Source of the DNA: Hydrolagus colliei | Lineage: Eukaryota | Reading direction: 5' to 3' | Assembly (NCBI GenBank): GCA_035084275.1 | Contig: CM068747.1 | Coordinates: forward strand, 23,188,001-23,252,000 | DNA length: 64,000 nucleotides | Part shown: in pieces, positions 1 to 13,300 of the stretch | How positions within the stretch are numbered: the first letter of the stretch is position 1 | How the letters are laid out: each line of letters starts with the position of its first letter | Position numbers and translations under genes: made by a program | Notes under the pieces: model-generated | Databases searched by the model: none | What the model saw: the letters and a program-made list of their open reading frames with translations, nothing else | Told to the model about the DNA's origin: nothing

Positions 1-1526
1 TTTTAAAATATATTTTGTGGCATCAGCATCATCAGAACTGTGGAGAACGCACACTTATATTAAAGTGTCTGCAGCCCATTTGCCTTCATTGCAACCAACA
101 TACCCTTGTTCTGGGCAATTTTGAATCTAACCATTGTATCACATTGCTTGTTCGATGTGAATCTGTATATTAGCAATTTCACTCTATGAATCTCAAATTG
201 AATCTCAAGTTAACAAAGCCTAGGCCTGTAGTGTGTGTTTTTTAAATGTGTGACATATGAAGAGTAAAACCTATCAGGAGAATTTGTAAACTGGTTTGGA
301 CTCTGTTTAAAATTTGAGGATATCCATTTAAAATGGGAGGTAGCTACATCTATCTATATACCAAGCTGCTATGGATTTAGTGGCTGACATATAAATCCCA
401 TTGCTATTTATATATTTGCCTGCCTGGCTTGCAACGTTGCTATTCCTGATCGCACTGAATGGGTCCAAGTACAAGATAAGCCTCCAATGTGTATTAATTG
501 CAAAGTCTCTTTGGCATTCACTGGTTGAAAGTCTATCAACAGTGTAGCCCTATATATGCTGTGGACCAAATTCCAACCAGGGTCCACATCAGTGGTTCTT
601 GATCTTGATGCATGTTAAGTCTGCACTCAATGACACTGGAATGTTCTCTATAAAGAAGTGCATTCCAACTGCATTTGTCAGCAAGAATCAATAGGTGATG
701 TATGATAGACTCCCATTCAATTACTAAGATTATTTTTTGCCAGTATGGTATATATTTTCTATTTGTTTCCTATTAGGTTCTTAATTGTTCAAATTTTAGT
801 CATTTATTTGTGTCAAAAGTTAATTGCTAATAATTATTTTATTTACGGGGTATTTAACACAAAGTGGTAGCGATCCAGTCCAGGTATACAAATTGCAAGA
901 ATATAACAGGATAGATAGATGAGTTTAATCATCAGAATATTACCCTTATATTTTAGTCCTCATTGAGGACATTGCTTGATGCCTTGCATAGATGGCATGC
1001 ACATCACAAAATACATGTTCTGCTTTCAGATTGAAGCCTTTGCAAGTTCTTGCTGTGTGAGCTTAGATCAGTGGTTGCAACCTACCATTACATAGAAAGC
1101 AATAGCTGCACATCATAATTCACAAAAAGAACTAGCTTTTAGGCATTTAGAAATAACACCTTTTTCATAGTGTCTGAATCTGAAAACTGATCTTTGATCA
1201 TGATCTTCAATGAACTGCAAGACTTAACAGGTTGAATAAAGTGGAACACTATGCAATAATTGCACTATGAATGTAAAGAGAGTACTCTAATTTGTAATGT
1301 GTATCTTTGTGTCTAAAAAGAATATCACAATCAATTACTGTTAAGTGGAAAGTGTGTGGGGAGATGGCAGCCATTTGGCACCAACCATACCCAACAAACT
1401 GCAATCGGATGAATGGGCAATGAATCTAATTTTGATGGGTTTGTAAGAGGGAATGGATAGTGATCAATCTGTCTTCAATCTGCGAGAAAATAACAATTGA
1501 ATCTGTCTCTTGTTTTACACTTCAAG

Positions 1527-1645
1527 GCAGTGAAGAAGGAAAGAAATACGTGGAGAAAACCATGACAAAGCACAGTGAAATCCTGGAATCCATGAAGGAA
1601 TTGTGCAATGGTCTAAGAGAGCTTCAACTAAAGCTGCAGATTAAG
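1527..1645 (+). CDS. CCDC141: CCDC141 internal exon (coiled-coil/spectrin-like region)
   Basis: ttcaag|GC acceptor and AAG|gtacaa donor; GSEEGKKYVEKTMTKHSEILESMKELCNGLRELQLKLQIK resembles the late coiled-coil segment of CCDC141; same strand and upstream of TTN as in other vertebrates. Confidence 0.8.
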
Positions 1646-2658
1646 GTACAAACTGAAATTGTGAAATTAATATTTTATACTCTTCGTGCTAATCCTGCGG
1701 CAAACAATTGAGAACACGCCGGGCAACCTGAAGCAAGTATCTATGGTGCAAGTCTTTGGGTTGATCTGTGCTCCTCAGGCTCCCGTTGCAGTTCAGACAG
1801 AGCCCAATGATAAGTGTTTAATCATTTGCTACTGCTGTCGTCTGATCAGTGAGTTGTTTCTCTGGTCTAAATTGCTGATTGGACTCACACAGCAACAGAA
1901 TCCAAATCCTGCCAAGAGACTGATGGAGGTTTTTGGGTTGATGAATTGTTACAGCGACTTGGGACGTCCTCCCGACACGAATGGCGCTTTATAAATGTAA
2001 GATTGTATTGCACATGTCAAATCATCTCTGGACAATCTCCTGTATTGGGCCCCTGAGTCCTTAATTGTGTTTGATTGTACAACATTGAACCAAATAGAGT
2101 GCTGCATTTCAAGCAGTGTGATCAAATGTGTTATCGGGTATTCCTTCGAGGGAATTTGGCACTGTTAATACTGACATCAATTCACGTGTTAGAATGCTGG
2201 TTAGCAATACTCACCATATAATATAATAGGAATAAGCAATACTCACCATATAATATAACTCATATTATACTCAATATAAGGGTAATATTCTGAATGATCT
2301 TATCCTTGAGCTAGCTGCCTGTTAATTGTGCTTTTGTGTTCATTTCTGCTGGTCAAACGTATCCAGATAAATAATACAATTCTGCAATATGTTTGATAAA
2401 AGCAACAATAATAATAATCCTTGGGTTTGATATAGCATCATTGAGACATCTCAAAGTGCTTCACAGAATACACTGTAAAGTCAACACAACGTATGTTCTA
2501 AGGGTGAAACGCGGCATCCAATCGTGTACAGAAAATGGCATTGGTTCCCACGACCAAAGAAATGTTCAATGACAAATCGCGCAGTATAAACCCAATATAA
2601 AACTGCACTGTCACTTTGCTTGAGCTGTTCTGACTTTCTCTCTGTCAATTTTCAACAG

Positions 2659-2736
2659 ACCGATGCCCCCGGACAGAAGAAATCAGAAGAAGGTGCAAGT
2701 AGATCACAAGAAACAAGTGTTGAAAAGGAAAATCAG
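2659..2736 (+). CDS. CCDC141: CCDC141 small internal exon (78 nt)
   Basis: ttttcaacag acceptor and CAG|gtagca donor; open frame TDAPGQKKSEEGASRSQETSVEKENQ; phase 0-0 fits both neighbours. Confidence 0.6.
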
Positions 2737-3496
2737 GTAGCAATTTGCCAGATTCAAATAACTTGGCATTTATTAAGGAGTTTTCATTGATAGCCAGGTA
2801 CTGTATATGTTTACCAATTTTAAGGCAAAGATGGAGAGAAACAGTTCACCTATTTCCCTGATCTGGATTTAACCCCAAATCCTAGCGAGGAAAGGTCAGC
2901 ATTCCAGTCTGCGGTTCACTAACCTGATAAATTGAATTATACTGTGTTGTTTGTGGTGCATTGCGCTCATTTTATTGATGAGCCACAACGAGTTATGCGA
3001 AGTAAATCAAAGCTAATGAAATCGGTGCAAGAATTCTGCCTCTCAAAAACCTAACTTCAATCACTCTGTTATTGTATAAATGCAACAGCCGTGAATAATA
3101 CTGGGCTCCGCTCCTCTGTGGCTCCTTGAAAGCTCCCAGGCAATCCATTGGGCAGCCAATCAATAGACCCTTATTGTAATGTCATCAAAGAGGTGATCAT
3201 CTCAGCTGTAATATTAATGCTTAAATTCCTAATGAAGTGTTCTGTGCATCAACAGAAATCAGATGCTTATTTTGAATGGGGTTAATGGAATATAAATCCA
3301 ACATCCTGTCCCACAACACTGTACTACTGCAAGCGAAGCCACATCCCTTTCAATATAGGAACGCAGTAGACATGTGTACCGTGTAATATTATTTCTCTGT
3401 GTTCTTTTTGATGAAACAAACTTGATGAAATGTTACTTGATTGCATCAAATCAATGAGAAGTGAAGTTAAAAACTGAACTAAATTAATTCTGACAG

Positions 3497-4027
3497 GGAG
3501 AAAACATTATCTCTACCCAACGATCACTCGTGGAGACTGGTTTGAAAGCGAGCTATCAGTCACTGGACAGCTGTAAGCAAGAGAGGAAGGTGGAAACTTC
3601 ATCAAAAGCCACTCTGGACTCAACAACAGTGATGAAAGGAAGCCATGAGCTGGATTCCATACTTGTTAGCATAGATCACAGTGATGCTTATAGCACCAGC
3701 AGAGCTGCTGTAGAGGATTCCCAGACAGTAACAGATAACATTACAATCTCCTCTGAAAGAGAGATAATGAGTGTTCAAAGTTACACTGCCACCTTTTCAC
3801 AGCAATTTAGTGTGAATGCATCCCACGGACAATCACTCTGTCGATCAGTGGTTGCCACTGATTCAGGAAGGAGGGTTTATGCCCTTCAGCTGATAGAAAA
3901 CAAGGCAGAATCCACAACACCTTCTGACATCAATCCAGGGACATCATTGCCCGTTTCAGCCAAGATTCCTCGAGATAATGAAATGGAAGAGAATCCATAC
4001 ATCACTCAGACGCTTGAGGAACAACAG
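3497..4027 (+). CDS. CCDC141: CCDC141 Ser/Thr-rich exon (alternative in-phase donor at 4042)
   Basis: ttctgacag|GGA acceptor in frame with ORF 3530..4150; phase-0 donors CAG|gtgtca (4027) or TAT|gtaggt (4042). Confidence 0.6.
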
Positions 4028-4609
4028 GTGTCACACAAATATGTAGGTATTTCTTTAAAACCCTTCTTAATGTTAGAAGGGAAAAGGGTCATACAGAATG
4101 CTCCAGAACTACCCCTGCTCCTGGCTCGGTCCTGGGATCTTTTGTTGTGAAGCGCTCTGAGACGCCGTCCGGTGTGGAGGGCGCTATATAAATCAAAGTT
4201 GTTGTTGTTAACAGTAGCAACACACCTCACACTCCGCTCAAACCTATTGCAATCTCTAACTTTCCTTTCTCACGCCCAGCAACAAACTAGCTCTAGAATA
4301 ATTACATTCTAGCTACTACTGAATATGACTTTAATATATCCAATGGTGCCAATAAATATGAAGGATAATATTCGACAGAAGGTCATTTGCACTATCATTG
4401 GGTTAATGCACTTAGGCATCATAAATTCCTTATGGAAGATTACCAATTTCTATAATTTACTTCTAAAATACTTATTTGGATTTTTTTTGCAATCGATCGC
4501 CATGAACATGTACACTCATGAATCTGCATGGCATCCACCAACTCCATAGATAAAGTATTGAAGTGTTAATTGTTCAAGAAAAAAATCAAATTAATCTGTG
4601 ATCTATCTT

Positions 4610-5340
4610 GGTACATGAGGAGTTTTTTCACAAGTTTTTTGAGGAGTGGGGTGATGGCAGCAGTTTTAAGGGGGCAGGGACTGATCCTGTGGAGAGGTAC
4701 TGGTTGATGATGTCAGCCAGCAGTGGGCAGAGGAGGGGGAGCTGGGTGACCAGTAACTTGGTGGGAAGTGGGTCGAGGCAGCGGGTGGTGGACTTCATTG
4801 ATGTGATGGTGCGTGAGAGGGAGGAAGGAGAGACGGGGGAGAAGGAGTGTGGGAAGGGGGTTGTGGTAGGAGCTGATGACGGAGAGAGTGAGGGGGACGG
4901 AATGGGGGTGGTGGTGGGCGACAAGAGGCAGAAGGATGACGCTGCCTGGCGGATATTGTGGATTTTGGAGGAGGAGAAGTCCATGCTTCCTCGCACTTCG
5001 CATTCGAAGTGAAGATTGAGGAGGCCTGAGGGGGCGCATGGAGGAGGTGGTGGGTGGTGGAAAAAAGGACTTTTGGGTTGTTTTTAGCCTACAAGATGAT
5101 AGTTGAGTAGTAGGCTGTTTTCGCGCGTGATAAAGAACAGCGGTAACTGTGGAGATGCTCGAGCCACAGTTGGTGGTGAACCGTCAGACCAGTTTTCTTC
5201 CACCTGCGCTCGAGCAGCTGGGTTTGGGTTTTTAGAGAGTGGAGATGAGTTGTACCAGGGGGAACGGGTAGGTTTGGAGATGGACCTAAAATGCCGGATT
5301 TCAGGGGGACGAGAAAGTTAGAGGCTAATGCAGCTGTGAG
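4610..5340 (-). mobile_element. L2-clade LINE ORF2 fragment
   Basis: Minus-strand STTRCLDPLPTKLL...LADIINQYLSTGSVP matches the pre-RT segment of L2/CR1 ORF2; frameshifted. Confidence 0.8.
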
Positions 5341-5939
5341 GATGAAACATCGGCTTAATATTCTTTGGGGGTTTGGGGGAACCTTCAGGGGGAATTTTTC
5401 ATTGGATGAAAAATAAATTTACATAATAATAATGATCCTTGCAATTGATATAGCGCTTTTCACATCTTCTGGACGTCTTAAAACGCTGCACAGAATATAC
5501 TGTAAAGTGAATTGACTATATTTTGTGGGCAAAACCCGGTAGCCAATTGTGCACAGCAGTGTCCCCACAAACAGTTGTGGATTTATGTTCGTATCTGGAT
5601 TCTAACCATAATTTATTGTGGTTAGATCAATGCCAGCCCTGGGGTTGGGGGGAGAAGGAAATCCCTTTAACTGTTATCATATCGCACATTGTTATTTCTG
5701 CTGCCAAACAAAATGTCTTGTGATGGAATCATATTGCTCTCCCTAGTTTTCCAGGGAATGTTTCATCCTGAATGGCGACAGACACAACCCACAAAGCACG
5801 AAGAGGGAGGGTATGTGCAGAGTTTGAGGAGGGTAGGAGGGGTGATGCTTCTGTAATGTTTATGTTAAGTGAACTCCTTCTGCTTTCTCCAATGTATCAA
5901 ATTGTAATTTCCAATTTCTTCCCCCTGTTTATTTTCAAG

Positions 5940-6934
5940 GAAATTTTAAACATTAAGATGGACCGACTGACAAACCATCAGATCACAGAATCGGTGGCGT
6001 GCGATCGATATTCACAGGAAACTACTGAGCATCTCTGTTCTTGGACAGAGGGCAGCACGGTGACTGACGGAGTCCCGCAAACTGAACTTTTAGTAGACGA
6101 AACCCTATCGGTGGAAGAATATGAATGCATGTCACCAGACGACATATCTTTGCCTCCGCTTCCTGAGACTCCGGAATCGAACATGCTCCATTCTGAAACC
6201 GAACTGGATGAGGTGTCCCAATTAAGTTCTCATAGTCGGCATTTTGGATCTCACAGTGCAAAGCCACAAATGGAAATGGACTGGAGCAGAATGACTGATC
6301 GCTCTGATCCAGTAACACCTGTTGCCACGGCTGACACCATAAATCATTCAAGACCGCAAGCTTCTCATGAGCCTGACTATTATTCATCCCGCTATTCAAC
6401 TCCCTGCACCGGACCCTCCCCCGCGTACAGATCTGAGCCTTCCTCTTTTATCCAGCACCCACTGACCATCCCTGCACCCACTCTCGTTTCCAGCACCCTT
6501 TTGAATATCGCGGCATCCCAAACCGTGACTAAATCCTCAACCCGTGATGCTATCTGTCGAGTGCATGAGACTCAGCTGCAGACCTACGATGTGCATGAGA
6601 GTGCGATTGAGACCCAGCAGTCACTACTGCATGAATCCAAGAGTGACCGGTTTGCAAACCAAACGGATTCTAACAGCAATGAATTCCATGTTTCAACTGA
6701 ATCACTAACAGCACCCCTCGGTGTGCGCCCACCCATGCATGACACCGCAGGCCACCACAGAGAAACCATCATCCGGGAGGGCATTCGAGATCCATTGAAC
6801 TACACAGCTGTGCGCTGCCTGACTGGCACAACACCAAGCTTCTCCAAGCTCTTATCTAATGTCAATGTGGTAGAAGGTTCTCCTGTGACCTTGGAAATAG
6901 AAGTAGCAGGATTCCCAGAACCAACTTTGACGTG
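5940..6934 (+). CDS. CCDC141: CCDC141 large exon: low-complexity region plus N-terminal half of the Ig I-set domain
   Basis: ttttcaag|GAA acceptor; EEYECMSPDDISLPPLPETPES and PSFSKLLSNVNVVEGSPVTLEIEVAGFPEPTLTW are CCDC141-like motifs; TG|gtgggt phase-2 donor. Confidence 0.88.
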
Positions 6935-8288
6935 GTGGGTAGCCTATAACAAGCAGCAGTAATATCTACATTGCATTCAGTTGGAGGTTCAGCATGAACT
7001 TCTGACAATGGGGCCTGATTTTATTTTCAACTTTGTTCCATTTCACGATGCAATTGCGAACCAAATCGCTTTGCTTTGTAAACATTGGTATTTTCTGTTT
7101 CTGAAGCCAATGTAACAAAAATGATGTCCAAATTAGGTGCAACCGTAAGCTAAACTACAAACCAGGAAATTATCCATACATCATAAGTAAAGTGGAGGAT
7201 GGATAATTTAGACTTATAAAAAAGAAACCCATACATAAGAAAAGTAATATTAATACCACGATAGACATTCACCAAAAATGCACGATACGTTACAGTAAAT
7301 CCTGTAAACCGCTTTGCGATATTTTAGCTGCGTAATTAGATACAATATTGAATGAAGGAGTAATAGAATTATTATATCATGAAGTCATTTCATAGAATAT
7401 ATTTTGCTGCAAAGGTGAATATATTATGTACATTGCACCACCGCCAAGTAATTCTCATAAATGATTCGCAGTCGTCGAATGGTAATTGTTTAGTTCAATG
7501 GCAACACACCACTTTCATGTTGTCTACAGTATGGATCAGGATTCATCCATGCAAAACCTTAAATTGACGGGAGAAAAATAACCATTACCATTCCAATGTT
7601 TCTGCCATCATTTCTCCTCATAGGGGAGAAAGGGTAAATCTGGGACCAACTTGGCAGCCTTCTCCCAAGTCGTACATTCCTATATTTCTAAGCAAATTTA
7701 AAATTCTTACTCGCAACAGATGACAATAACTTCACAAAAGTGATTCTTGGAATCTCATAATCCTTTAAGCTTCAATTTTTCATAACATTTGGACTTGCGT
7801 TAAGTCACTGAATTTGATATCACTGATTGTGCTCCGTTCACCGGTTTTGATGGGGGTTCGTGGTTTGAAGGAATACAAAGGTGAAGAAACATAACAATTA
7901 TAAAGAGATTTGGAGGCCCTGGAAGATTGAAGTAAACCTTTGCATGCTTTTGTCACACAGCTAGGAAACCAATGATAATTTTAGGATGAGAATGAATCCA
8001 TTATAAATCACCTCCATCTTCCAGAGGCACAATGAAAATATGAACCGCAAATCTTTGCAACTTTGAATATATTTCCAAAATCAGGTCCCGAGTTATCAGT
8101 TATTTAAGATTGTTACTAACACTTAACTTATTTTAGAGTTAGTTTGTCGTACTAAAAAATGTTACATACTTTGCTTATATGCAGTTAATATAAAATTCAT
8201 ATTCTGTCTTTTTAGATGTTCTTGTTTTAATCAGGTGTTTAACTGGTGTTTGTAACTGCTTGACTTGAAAATGCACTCTTTACTTCAG

Positions 8289-8595
8289 GTACAAGAATGG
8301 ACAGAAGCTGACAACAGATCAGCGCTTAGAAGTTTCACAAAAGGAAGGCAAACACATTATTTTCATTCAGAAGGTGTCTGATAAAGATTCAGGCATTTAT
8401 GTTGTACGAGCTATAAACTCTAGTGGCACTATCAGTTCCACTGCTATACTTCAAGTACAAGGTAAATGCAGTCTCGGATGTTTCCACACTGATCTTATAG
8501 ACTGGCTCACCTTTCCAGCCTGGCTGTGTATAGTGTGTGTTGGCTTGTTTCTAATGTATACATGTTTATTTAACTGTTATGTATCACTGTTTTGA
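8289..8595 (+). CDS. CCDC141: CCDC141 terminal exon: C-terminal half of the Ig domain plus hydrophobic tail
   Basis: cttcag|G completes Trp; YKNGQKL...DSGIYVVRAINSSG...LQVQGKC...YVSLF-stop; AATAAA at 8626-8631; internal phase-1 donor CAAG|gtaaat at 8461. Confidence 0.88.
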
Positions 8596-8625
8596 TTACA
8601 TTGATGTTTTTCACCTTGTACTAAA

Positions 8626-8631
8626 AATAAA
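8626..8631 (+). terminator. Polyadenylation signal for CCDC141
   Basis: AATAAA 30 nt after the TGA at 8593-8595. Confidence 0.55.
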
Positions 8632-10159
8632 GTTGGTACCTGTCCTTACCACAAGTAATATCACAATGCAATGTTTCAATGCACTACCTCTGCACTGCAA
8701 AATAGTTTTGAATGTTAACTTTTTTATCGAAAACTCCAAGTTTCACTGAAATGCTGGTAAATGTTAATAATGTAATTTAAAATATTGACTGTTATTTCTC
8801 AGTAAGATATCATAATATTCCAGTACCCATGCACAATATTAATGGAATTGTACTGTTAATAACACAATCAGTGACACTGATTAAAACCTTCACTGTATTC
8901 GTTCACATTCACAGTAGTGTTAGCACAAAAACTGAGCAATTTGACTTGACAAATTAATTTGCACACTTTCTGATATCCTTATCTGTTTGCAAAGAAACAT
9001 TTTTGAAACTATTTTTATGACGAGTTTAAACCTATCTATATATTTTAACATATGAAACATTTTTTCTGAGAATTTTTTTATCTTCCTGATACTGTTTGTG
9101 TGATATGTTTTGGAATAGATGCAATGGAAAATTATTAGGTGGAATTTTAGATGAATAGGTAGTGGAGTGTGTTAATGTTATTATGCACTGTGCACAGAGC
9201 AGCAGCAAATGTCCTGTGTTTTCCCCCAATCTGGTGATAGAGTATACATTTGCAATCTGATAGCAAGACAGTGGCTGAAGTCTGGGAACAAAAGAGAATG
9301 CCTGCACTCTCAGCCAATCTACCAGTCAGAAGGAAGGGAGTAAAATAAGAATTTACAATCAATGAAGGTTCAACATACTGTAAGTTATGACAAAGACTAT
9401 AGGGAAGTCATACAAAAAAGCATTTAAAGCAAATAAATTCTGAGGCTGCATTGACTAAAGTATACATCGGATCACCAATATACTGTAATTACATTTCAAT
9501 CTTCTATTAGGATGATGGAAAGGCTGTGTATCCCTAAAATGAATTGCATTTCCCCCTGCATATTTCCCTATACAGCTTTGCAATGCGTTGACAACACTTT
9601 TATCAACAATTTATTGGTGCACTTGTATTGGTTCCTGGTATTGTCACTGTTTTCCATTGTGTGCATTGTAGTATAATTCCTCACCTTTGGTTCCACTCAC
9701 TCTGAGACCAATGAAAATCCAATTTATTGAATCTGGCCTTCGATAGTGGAATGGTATCCAATTTAACGAAACTGACTAAGAGACACTGAAACATGCAGCG
9801 TTAACACAATGCACTTTCTACTCTGCTCGTTGCAATGAAAATACACTGGACACGCTGGCCTGTTTCGAGTCCGACTTACATGGAGGTTGGATCAAAGGTA
9901 GCTCACATTAAAAATCACTTCTGATGTTCATATTTTACAATTTAAATTAATTCCTACGTATGAAAGATGGCATGAATGCAGTTCCTCTCCCACATCAAAC
10001 AAAACAAGGCAAACTAAACAACATGCGATAAGCAGAGATTAACTTATGTTTTTTTTCTTATTTTTACATTTTGCTCTTGTAAATCAAAAAATTTAATTAA
10101 AATTAGGAGTATCTCCCTACGTCTCCCTACGTACATGTTCTACTGGTGCAGCAATATAT

Positions 10160-10370
10160 TATAGAATGTTACGGCACAGAAGGAGGCCATTCGGCCCATC
10201 GAGTCTGTACCGATTCTTTGACCGAGCAAGTCACTTTCATTAACCCCAATCACCAGCTTTCTCCTCATAACCCTGCAAACCTGTCTTCCCCAGATACCTA
10301 TCTAGTTCTCTGTTAAAAGCTGCTATCGAATCGGATCTCACTACCCTTTCAGGCAGATCATTCCTATGGG
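10160..10370 (-). mobile_element. CR1 LINE 3' tail fragment
   Basis: ATAGAA...CGGCACAGAAGGAGGCCATTCGGCCCATC is shared with the CR1 tail at 61335. Confidence 0.7.
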
Positions 10371-13300
10371 TTACCAGTGGTAACTTTATGGTCTATGGTG
10401 TCAGATGTCATCTGAAGGCAAGGCTCGTTTGTTTAATTCTGTTAACTCTGGTACAGCACATAACAAATAACAGTTCAGCTGACAACTACACCTGACATTT
10501 CTGTTGTAGCATTCCTGGATATCGTTTGTATAAAAATGCAGTTGGGTGCAGGGACAAAGAACAAAGAGAAAGCAAACTTTGCACAGCTTGACCTCTCAGC
10601 AAGAAATAATAGTGAGGTTATTCTCCTCAACGGAAGTGAATTGAGTTTCATCACACGGTGGTCATGCACACTGCTGATGCATCTGAGGAAACCACTTGCA
10701 TACAATGTTGACCCAATATTGATAAAGTAATCTTTGCATTTGATATAGCGCCTTATCATGTCTTCAAGACGTCTCAAAGTGCTTCACGGAATATATTATA
10801 AAGTGTAGTGACTCTGCAGTGAAATGAGATATTTTATCAAAGTGGCCTCTCTTAAAAAAAGGTGGAAACAGAAGAATATTTTGCTATTAGAATAATGCAG
10901 GAATGTAGTAATGTGACAGGAAAATGCCTTGCAAACTCAAATTTATGCAAACCTGGACAACCTAAATGAACGTGGATGTATTTGCTGCAAAAATATTCCT
11001 TCAAAAGTCAATCCAAAGTAAATGTTTACAGGGGTGGAGTTCATGCGCCTGAGGTGAGAAGCAATAGACTATATTACTAGTCTCAACAAATATACACATT
11101 GAGTGTATTGACCGGTAAAAAATCCAGAGTTGATTTTCATTGTATTAATGTGTCTCCTACTGGTTCAGATATAAAATAAACTTGAGATTATTCATTGTGT
11201 TACTAAGAACTATTATTTTTTTCTCAGATGAGTCTTGTTTCTGTGTAACATATACAATGTAAGGTCTTTGTGTGGCTTTTGTGTCAACATAACAACTGGA
11301 AATTTATAAAAATGATGCGCTAGTCATAATGATAGCTCCCTCACAACCTCACACTTACTCGCAGTATATTGCTCAGTTGGTTGTCCATTCTGCCAGTCAA
11401 ATATACCGGTAATTGATGTTTTTTCTTTAAATCATTGAGCAACAAAGCCAAGTTGCTAGGGTTCTTCAGTTGGGAGAGGACAACTCAGAGGAGACCACAT
11501 AGAAGGGTAGAAAATGTCAAATGAGATTGCAAAAATAAACCCAGATGAATCATTTAGGTTGTTTCAGGACAATAGAATAAGAGGACAAAGGTTCGGAGTT
11601 TTAAAGGATGATTTTAGGACAGATACCAGGAAGATTTTCTTTAGGCAGAATGTAATCAATAATAATAATAACAGTCCTTGCATTTGATATAGAACTTTAC
11701 ATGTCTTCTAGATGCCTCAAAGTACTTCACAGAATATGCTGTAAAGTGAATTGATTGTATATATATGGACAAAACGTGGCAGCCAATTGCACACAGCAGT
11801 GTCTCACAAACAGTTGTGGATTGAAGTGATCAATTTATTATTGGGGTTTCTTTGAGGGATTATTTTGAGGCTTGTGAACAGTGCCAATTGACTGGACTCT
11901 TGACTCATTTAAAAGGCAGCTCGTTTGAGGGAAGGTTGGTTGGTGTTTGGGAGGTATGAAATGGGATGGGCTGAAGTGATTTCTTTATCTATATCAATCT
12001 TGTTATCACACCATTTTCTGGTCTTTTGTTTGAGATTTCCTTCAGCTACAAAGGGCCAAACAATCTCTGCACTGCTTTTCTTGGTGAAAGATGGGTCCAG
12101 GGGGGTGAAGTGCTGTTCCAAATGCAACTGCTCTAATAATCATGGTCTTCTTCAGCCTCTAAAATCATGATACAGTCAGACATTTAATCAAAGCTGAGTC
12201 CAGCATTAAGCAGCAATAGCTCCAGCTCTATGCATACGTGAGCTACCTTACAATTGCTCACAAGCCCTAAAAACCACAACAGCTCAATCATGGTGATTTA
12301 ATTCCTGATTTAATCTTGGATGGATATTCAGATGAGACACTGAAATTAATTTCAGGGACTCTGAAATACGGAAGAGATTAGGGCATTGGGGGTGGGAGAG
12401 ACTAGAAATTAATACAACAAAAGAAGAACTTTTTTAAAAGAAGTTATAGAGATAAGGTATATTCCTGAAAAAAGGAGAATAGCAGAAGGCTGAGACAATA
12501 GTAGGTTAATTGAGGACATCGGTTGTAACAAAAAGGTGCAGAAGGATTTAAAGGACTCAGCGAATCAAAAAATAGTATGAAATAGAAGTCTTATTTAAGT
12601 CTTAATTATTTGAATAAGTATTAGAGAGGCGAAGAAGAAAATAGAAGGATAGGTGAAAGTAATAAGAGGAATAATTTTAAGCTGTGTAGAAAGTAAGGGA
12701 ACTTTAAATGCCCGTCTACTTATGGGAGCAAATTTGTGGTGATCATCAACAAATTCCTCCCAAAGGCTCTCGTGAATGAAAGCTGTGTACAAACTCTAGA
12801 TCTAATCAACAAGGAGTCTTTGGACAGTCTGAATTCTCTGGTTCTATAGGCTGAACAGAAATCAATTCACTTCACTGGCATTTTAGAATTCTTTTAATGT
12901 CCTCAACATCAGAGGGGCCTGAAATTCAATCAAAAGGTAACCCGGCAACTGGCCTAATAACATCCCTTCATTTATTCCACATAGTCAAAACACTACAGCT
13001 GGTATTAATGTCAAATAAATCCGCACAGATTCACGGGAGCATTTGCAAGTAGTGTAGAAGGAAATTGTAAGCTTCACTTTAAAATAAAGAGCTCGACATT
13101 CCTGTCATCTCAATTCCAGTGATCATCTAGACGTGCACAAATAGGGCTGATTGTTGAGAGATTGCATTAATAGATAATGTATTACTGTCGGTTTTCCAAA
13201 CCTTAGAAAATGTTTTCAGTTACAAGGCTGTGAAAAAGGCCAATTTAGTTTAATAAGGTCTACATAAAAGGTATTAGAGTGAAACATAGTACACCAGACA

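Noticed and set aside
2203-2260. 32-bp tandem duplication AGCAATACTCACCATATAATATAAT
   Set aside because: Two-copy local slippage in an intron with no spacer structure; not CRISPR-like and no sign of function
4608-5321. Plus-strand ORFs of 134 aa and 72 aa in a CCDC141 intron
   Set aside because: Antisense reading of a decayed L2 LINE fragment
10475-10777. Intergenic ORFs of 100 aa (minus) and 64 aa (plus)
   Set aside because: No domain signature or convincing splice sites, and partly overlapping a SINE tail
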